Source of the DNA: an uncultured Clostridia bacterium | GTDB taxonomy: Bacteria > Bacillota > Clostridia > TANB77 > CAG-508 | Assembly: GCA_944390535.1 (NCBI GenBank) | Contig: CALXQV010000015.1 | Span: 9,070-73,069 of the forward strand | Direction: 5' to 3' | Length of the DNA stretch: 64,000 nt | In this document: positions 58,745 through 64,000 of the stretch, in pieces | How the letters are laid out: each line of letters begins with the position of its first letter | Numbering within the stretch: position 1 is the stretch's first letter | The notes under the pieces: generated by a model | Database searches by the model: none | Told to the model about the DNA's origin: nothing | Seen by the model: only the letters and a program-made list of their open reading frames with translations | Translations under genes and position numbers: made by a program

Positions 58745-60091
58745 ATGCCAACATATATATATAGGGCTATGACAAAATCAGGGGTCATTGTAAGAAATAA
58801 GATAGAAGCACCTAGCAAACAGAATTTGTTAAAAATGCTGAAAGGAAATGACTTATTACCTATTAATGTAGAACAAATTCGATATATTGGACAACAACAA
58901 AAAAAGACTAAGAAAAATATCCCCAATATAGAAGAAATCATGAAAAATGTTAACACGACAAATATAGGAAAAAGTAGGCCAAAGCAATTATCAACAAAGG
59001 AAAAAGTAAACCTATATTTTGCAAAAACAGAGAAAATAACGACCAGAGATATTATGATATTTACACAAAATTTTTATCTGTTAAAAAAAGCAAACTTTAA
59101 TAATATACATGCATTAGATACGATTATTCAAAGTACAGAAAACGTTTCTTTTAGAGGGATTTTGGAAGACATATTAGCTGGAGTGGAAGCTGGTGAAAAT
59201 ATGTACACAACAATGGAATACTATTCTAATATTTTTCCATATATCTACATTAATATGATAAAAGTAGGGGAATTGTCAGGTTCTCTTACAAAATCCCTAG
59301 AACAGGCTGTTAAATATTTAGATGAATCAGATGCTTTGACTAGAAAATTAAGATCGATTTTAATACCAAATATTGTTCAATTTGTATTATTGTTAGTTAT
59401 GCTTTTTGTAGGAACATTAGTAGCGATACCCGCAATTCAAGGGATTTTTGATGAATTGGGAACAGAAGAAGAGTTACCAGCAGTTACTTTATGGTTTGCA
59501 GATGTTGTAGATAATCTAATCACATATTGGTATATCCCTGTCGCTATTCTTGTGATTATTGCATCAGGAATTGTGTTTTACATCAATACACCAAAAGGAA
59601 AATATAACTTCCATTACTTTAAATATAAAATGCCAGTATTTGGAGAATTAATTTTTGCTTTAGACTTTTCAAGATTTTTAAAAGCCATGTTACTGAATTT
59701 AAGAAATGGAATGAGAATACAAGATTCTATTGAAGTTAGTAAAAATGTTGTAAAAAATTATGTCATGCTATCTATGATAGAAACATCTATTAATAATATG
59801 TTAACAGGTAGCTCATGGATAGAGCCATTTGAGGAATCAGGACTAGCCAAATCTATGATAACAGAAATGCTAAAAATTGGTATGCAAACAGACTTAGCAG
59901 AAATGATGGAAAAACTAGTAGAATACATGCAGATAGATATTGATAATATTATGGAAAAAATCATGAAAGTATTACCACAAGTGGTATATGCAATTGTTGG
60001 TGTTGTACTAATTTTCTTTGTGTTAGTTGTATTAGTACCATGTATTCAAGTATATATGGGAAATTTCTTATTCTCAGCATATGGTGTATAA
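58745..60091 (+). CDS. pilC: type IV pilus platform protein PilC (GspF family)
   Basis: Two GspF-type repeats and three TM segments. Confidence 0.9.
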   Translation: MPTYIYRAMTKSGVIVRNKIEAPSKQNLLKMLKGNDLLPINVEQIRYIGQQQKKTKKNIPNIEEIMKNVNTTNIGKSRPKQLSTKEKVNLYFAKTEKITTRDIMIFTQNFYLLKKANFNNIHALDTIIQSTENVSFRGILEDILAGVEAGENMYTTMEYYSNIFPYIYINMIKVGELSGSLTKSLEQAVKYLDESDALTRKLRSILIPNIVQFVLLLVMLFVGTLVAIPAIQGIFDELGTEEELPAVTLWFADVVDNLITYWYIPVAILVIIASGIVFYINTPKGKYNFHYFKYKMPVFGELIFALDFSRFLKAMLLNLRNGMRIQDSIEVSKNVVKNYVMLSMIETSINNMLTGSSWIEPFEESGLAKSMITEMLKIGMQTDLAEMMEKLVEYMQIDIDNIMEKIMKVLPQVVYAIVGVVLIFFVLVVLVPCIQVYMGNFLFSAYGV

Positions 60092-60100
60092 AAAGGAAAT

Positions 60101-60143
60101 TTATGGAGCATTTAGATAAGCAAAATGTTCCATAATTTTTTTT
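60101..60143 (+). terminator. pilus-operon terminator
   Basis: TTATGGAGCATTT / AAATGTTCCATAA stem followed by T8. Confidence 0.75.
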
Positions 60144-60232
60144 GGATAATATAATGCTTTTTTTAAAGCCATATGATATAATCAAAAAAGAGAAATGATT
60201 TTACACAAATTTAAGAAAGTGGTGAGCCTAAA

Positions 60233-61135
60233 ATGAAAATAGGGATTGATTTAGGTGGTAGTCATATTGCCATAGGAGTGGTGGACAATAAAGGAAAAAT
60301 ACTAGAAAAAGTAGAAAAACGAATTACAAAAGCAGAAAAAAATGCAATTAAAAAAGTAATAGAGGAATATATTATTGAAAAAACATCTAATTTTTTAGAA
60401 CAATACAAAATCACAGAAATGGGAATTGCCATACCAGGAACTGTAAAAAACGAAACAGTTGTAAAATCTGCTAATTTAGGATTAAAAAATTATGAAATTG
60501 TGAAAAATTTGCAAGAAAAAATACAATTACCAATAAAGATTCGAAATGATGCAAAATGTGCGGCATTAGCAGAAAATATATATGGTGCATTAAAATCATA
60601 TAATAGAAGTATATTTTTAACATTAGGAACAGGAATTGGAGGAGCGGTTATTCTTCATGATACGCTATTAGATACAGGAGAATTACCTGGCTGTGAATTT
60701 GGGCATATGTTAATAGAAAAAAATGGAAACTTATGCAGATGTGGAAAAAAAGGTTGTTGGGAAACATATGCTTCTATGAAGGCATTTAAAGACAATTTAA
60801 GAGAAATCCTAGATTTAGACGAAAGAACGAGTGGAAAAGAATTGTTAGATATATTAAGGAAAATGGATAAAAATAATTCTAAATATGCACAAACCAATAA
60901 GCTGATAGAACAATATATAGAATATTTGAGCATAGGAATATCTAATTTAATAAATATTTTTGAGCCTGAGGCTATTGGAATTGGTGGGAGTTTTGTATTT
61001 TATGAGGAAATTTTCCTAGAGAGATTGAAAATAAAATTGTTACATGATAATTTATTGTTTAATGAAAGAAAAGTAATTAACATTCAAACAGCTATATTAG
61101 ATAATGATGCAGGTATGATTGGGGCAACTTTATAA
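60233..61135 (+). CDS. glk: ROK-family glucokinase
   Basis: GIDLGGSH ATP motif; CRCGKKGCWE Zn motif. Confidence 0.85.
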   Translation: MKIGIDLGGSHIAIGVVDNKGKILEKVEKRITKAEKNAIKKVIEEYIIEKTSNFLEQYKITEMGIAIPGTVKNETVVKSANLGLKNYEIVKNLQEKIQLPIKIRNDAKCAALAENIYGALKSYNRSIFLTLGTGIGGAVILHDTLLDTGELPGCEFGHMLIEKNGNLCRCGKKGCWETYASMKAFKDNLREILDLDERTSGKELLDILRKMDKNNSKYAQTNKLIEQYIEYLSIGISNLINIFEPEAIGIGGSFVFYEEIFLERLKIKLLHDNLLFNERKVINIQTAILDNDAGMIGATL

Positions 61136-61162
61136 AAATAATAAAGGAAAGGAGCAAGTTGC

Positions 61163-62089
61163 ATGAAAGAAGAGAAAAAAGCAACAAGACAAAGTTATGG
61201 AGAAATGTTAGAAAAATTAGGAGGAGAAAATGAGAAGATTGTTGTATTAGATGCAGACCTATCAGCAGCAACAAAAACCAGTATTTTTGCCAAGAAATTT
61301 CCAGACAGATTTTTTGATATGGGAATTGCAGAGGCCAATATGATGGGGGTAGCAGCAGGTATGGCATCTTGTGGAAAAATACCATTTGTTAGTACATTTG
61401 CAGCTTTTGCAGCAGGACGTGCTTATGACCAAATTCGTTCTAGTATTTGTTATCCAAATTTAAATGTAAAAATATGTGCAACCCATTGTGGAATTACGGT
61501 AGGAGAAGATGGAGCAACACATCAAATGATAGAAGATTTAGCCTTAATGAGAGCTTTGCCGAATATGACTGTTTTATGTCCATCAGATGATGTAGAGACA
61601 AAATGGTTGATAAAAGAAATTGCCAATATAAAAGGACCTGTATATGTGAGATTAGCAAGGCTTGCAACACCAGGAATTTATGAAGAAAACCAGTCATTTG
61701 AAATCGGAAAAGCAGTACAAATAGGAGAAGGAACAGATGCAACTGTTTTTGCAACAGGAGTGGTTGTACCAGAGGCTATAAAAGCAAAAGAAATTTTAGA
61801 AAAAGAAGGTATTAACATTCGAGTAGTAGATATGCATACCATAAAACCAATTGATAGAGACATGATTATAAAATCAGCAAAGGAAACTAAAAAATTAATT
61901 TCTATTGAAGACCATAGTATCATTGGTGGATTGGGAAGTGCTATTAGTGAAGTATTAACAGAAGAATATCCTTGTAAATTAATGAGAATGGGAATTAAAG
62001 ACACATTTGGAAAATCTGGAAATGCAGTAGAATTATTGAAATATTTCGGATTGACGAGTGAAGAAATTGTTGATATGATAAAGAAATAG
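61163..62089 (+). CDS. transketolase, C-terminal (pyrimidine-binding) subunit
   Basis: FFDMGIAEANMMGVAAGMA and downstream split-transketolase subunit-B sequence. Confidence 0.9.
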   Translation: MKEEKKATRQSYGEMLEKLGGENEKIVVLDADLSAATKTSIFAKKFPDRFFDMGIAEANMMGVAAGMASCGKIPFVSTFAAFAAGRAYDQIRSSICYPNLNVKICATHCGITVGEDGATHQMIEDLALMRALPNMTVLCPSDDVETKWLIKEIANIKGPVYVRLARLATPGIYEENQSFEIGKAVQIGEGTDATVFATGVVVPEAIKAKEILEKEGINIRVVDMHTIKPIDRDMIIKSAKETKKLISIEDHSIIGGLGSAISEVLTEEYPCKLMRMGIKDTFGKSGNAVELLKYFGLTSEEIVDMIKK

Positions 62090-62176
62090 CCCAAAAGGAG
62101 AAGATATGGAAGACGCTAACAAATGAAATGTGAATTTTATGTGAATTTTTTGAAATGAAGAAAAACGAAGAAAAAT

Positions 62177-62218
62177 GATAGAAAAGGCAAAAAAACCAAC
62201 TTTTTCTATCGTTTTTTT
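62177..62218 (+). terminator. rho-independent terminator
   Basis: GATAGAAAAGG / CCAACTTTTTCTATC stem followed by GTTTTTTT. Confidence 0.7.
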
Positions 62219-62319
62219 ATATAGAACCTATTGCAAATTTTGTTCTTTATTGTTATGATTAGATAGAATAAAATATATAATAGAATATTATGCGAAAAAA
62301 TAGATAAGGAGAGCAAAAG

Positions 62320-63000
62320 ATGATAGAATTTAGAAATGTCACAAAGACATATGACACAGGTACAAAAGCAGTAAAAAATGCGAATTTCAGAATTGACAAA
62401 GGCGAATTTGCTTTTTTAGTTGGAACTTCAGGAAGTGGAAAATCAACATTAATTAAATTGATTCTAAAAGAAGAAGAACCAACTTCAGGAAATATTATTA
62501 TCAATGGAAAAGATACCACATTTTTAAAACCAAATAGAATTCCATATTTAAGAAGAAGTATGGGTGTTGTATTTCAAGATTTCAGACTATTACCAGATAA
62601 AACAGTATATGACAATGTTGCTTATGCAATGTATATTGTAAGAGCAACACCAAGACATATTAGAAGACAAGTTCCAATGGTACTTTCACTAGTTGGTTTA
62701 AGCGGAAAAGCAAAAATGTATCCAAATGAATTATCAGGAGGAGAACAACAAAGAGTGGCATTAGCAAGGGCATTGGTAAACAATCCATCTATGCTAATTG
62801 CAGATGAACCAACAGGAAACTTAGATCCAGAAACAGCATGGGATATTATGACATTGTTAAATGATATCAATATGAGAGGAACAACCGTTGTTGTTGCAAC
62901 ACATGCAAAAGACATTGTTGACAAGATGAAGAAAAGGGTTATTCATATTAGAAAAGGTGAAATCATAAAAGATGATAAAAAAGGTGGGTATGAACTGTGA
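62320..63000 (+). CDS. ftsE: cell-division ATP-binding protein FtsE
   Basis: GTSGSGKST Walker A, LSGGEQQR, LIADEPTG. Confidence 0.92.
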   Translation: MIEFRNVTKTYDTGTKAVKNANFRIDKGEFAFLVGTSGSGKSTLIKLILKEEEPTSGNIIINGKDTTFLKPNRIPYLRRSMGVVFQDFRLLPDKTVYDNVAYAMYIVRATPRHIRRQVPMVLSLVGLSGKAKMYPNELSGGEQQRVALARALVNNPSMLIADEPTGNLDPETAWDIMTLLNDINMRGTTVVVATHAKDIVDKMKKRVIHIRKGEIIKDDKKGGYEL

Positions 63001-63899
63001 AATATAATATATTAGGATATTTAATTGGAGAAGGATTTAGTAACGTATTTAAAAATAAGAAATCAACAGGGGCGTCACTAATGATTATGTGTGCAACCAT
63101 GATTATATTTGGTGTATTTTTAATCTTAAGTGAAAATATCAACCATTTTGTACAAGAAGTAGAAGAAGCACAAGGAATACAAGTATTTGCGACCGATGAA
63201 GCAACAGAGGAACAAATTAAGCAATTAGGAGAAGATATTAGTAAAGTTAATGGTGTCAATACAACAGAATATGTATCTAAAGAACAAGCATTAAATCAAA
63301 TGAAAGAAAAATTTGCAGAAAATGAAGAATTGTTAGAAGGATATGATGGAGAAAATAATATTTTTACAGCATCATATATTGTAACATTAACAGACTTAAC
63401 ATTAAGTGAGCAGGTACAAAAAGATATATCACAATTAGCAAATGTAAAAAAGATTACAAGTTCTAATGAAACTGTATCAACCTTAATTGATTTAGCAAAT
63501 GGAATAAAAATTGTGACAGCAGTTATTTTAGCATTGCTAATTATTATATCTATATTTATCATTTCAAATACGATTAAATTGACTGTCCATGCAAGAAGAA
63601 AAGAAATTTCTATTATGAAATATGTAGGGGCGACAAATGGATTTATCAGATGGCCTTTTATTGTAGAAGGTATGATTATTGGAATTATTGCAAGTGCAAT
63701 TTCAATTGTGATTGTAGCAGTTGCCTATAATTTCATTGCAGAACAAATGGTAAATTCACACTTTATGAGAACAGTAGGGGTTAGCTTAGTAGGATTTTCA
63801 GATATGTTCAGTTCAATTATATTGATATATATGTTACTAGGAATTGGAATAGGAGCCATAGGAAGTATTATTTCTATGAGAAAATATTTAAAAGTATAA
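62997..63899 (+). CDS. ftsX: cell-division permease-like protein FtsX
   Basis: GTG start overlapping the ftsE stop (GTGA); 4 TM helices with a large extracellular loop. Confidence 0.88.
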   Translation: MKYNILGYLIGEGFSNVFKNKKSTGASLMIMCATMIIFGVFLILSENINHFVQEVEEAQGIQVFATDEATEEQIKQLGEDISKVNGVNTTEYVSKEQALNQMKEKFAENEELLEGYDGENNIFTASYIVTLTDLTLSEQVQKDISQLANVKKITSSNETVSTLIDLANGIKIVTAVILALLIIISIFIISNTIKLTVHARRKEISIMKYVGATNGFIRWPFIVEGMIIGIIASAISIVIVAVAYNFIAEQMVNSHFMRTVGVSLVGFSDMFSSIILIYMLLGIGIGAIGSIISMRKYLKV

Positions 63900-63910
63900 A
63901 GGAGTAGAGC

Positions 63911-64000
63911 ATGCGTAAATATTTATGTATGGTTTTAGCTTTTATCATCATTTGTACATATATAACTGTGGTATATGCAGAAGACGATGCAACGAACAGT
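63911..64000 (+). CDS. secreted protein, N-terminal fragment (3' end outside window)
   Basis: RBS GGAG; signal peptide MRKYLCMVLAFIIICTYITVVYA; position after ftsEX would fit an EnvC/M23-type activator, but no domain is visible. Confidence 0.4.
   Translation, partial: MRKYLCMVLAFIIICTYITVVYAEDDATNS

Noticed and set aside
61163-62089. Transketolase C-terminal subunit gene without the N-terminal subunit gene next to it
   Set aside because: This is probably a simple gene-order difference, with the partner likely elsewhere in the genome. Nothing in the sequence suggests novelty.

Overview
AT-rich chromosomal segment from a spore-forming Firmicute with Clostridia-like gene content. Most of it is core genome: recA/recX, scpA, ytfI-ytfJ, spoIIAA-spoIIAB-sigF, spoIID, a SpoIIQ-like M23 protein, ychF, rlmN, spoIVA, ligA, folD, dprA, prmC, whiA, hemW, infC-rpmI-rplT, spoVAC/D/E, rsmB, glk, ftsEX. 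Accessory content: an esterase/acyltransferase trio, a 560-aa pilin-headed surface protein (2757-4439), an Rpn-family pseudogene, a small sortase plus LPXTG pair, an orphan tyrosine recombinase, a MarR plus heterodimeric ABC exporter, and a complete Gram-positive type IV pilus cluster (50.7-60.1 kb: pilMN, pilO, pilA, pilD, two minor pilins, pilB, pilT, pilC). No rRNA, tRNA or CRISPR was seen. One structured ncRNA (6S-like) is proposed. Most interesting observations: (1) a 158-bp segment bracketed by a perfect 22-bp inverted repeat, carrying an outward-facing near-consensus promoter, just upstream of the pilin-like adhesin gene. This is the architecture of a recombinase-flipped phase-variation switch, apparently caught in the OFF orientation. 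(2) The pilins of this organism lack the canonical Glu5. (3) The only recombinase is interrupted at a T10 tract. (4) Two families of palindromic, MITE-like intergenic repeats abut or supply gene stop codons. (5) Five single-base frameshifts occur, three of them in sporulation genes in a similar G-rich context, so they are either assembly errors or decay of sporulation. Everything rests on reading the sequence by eye. No database search or folding program was run.
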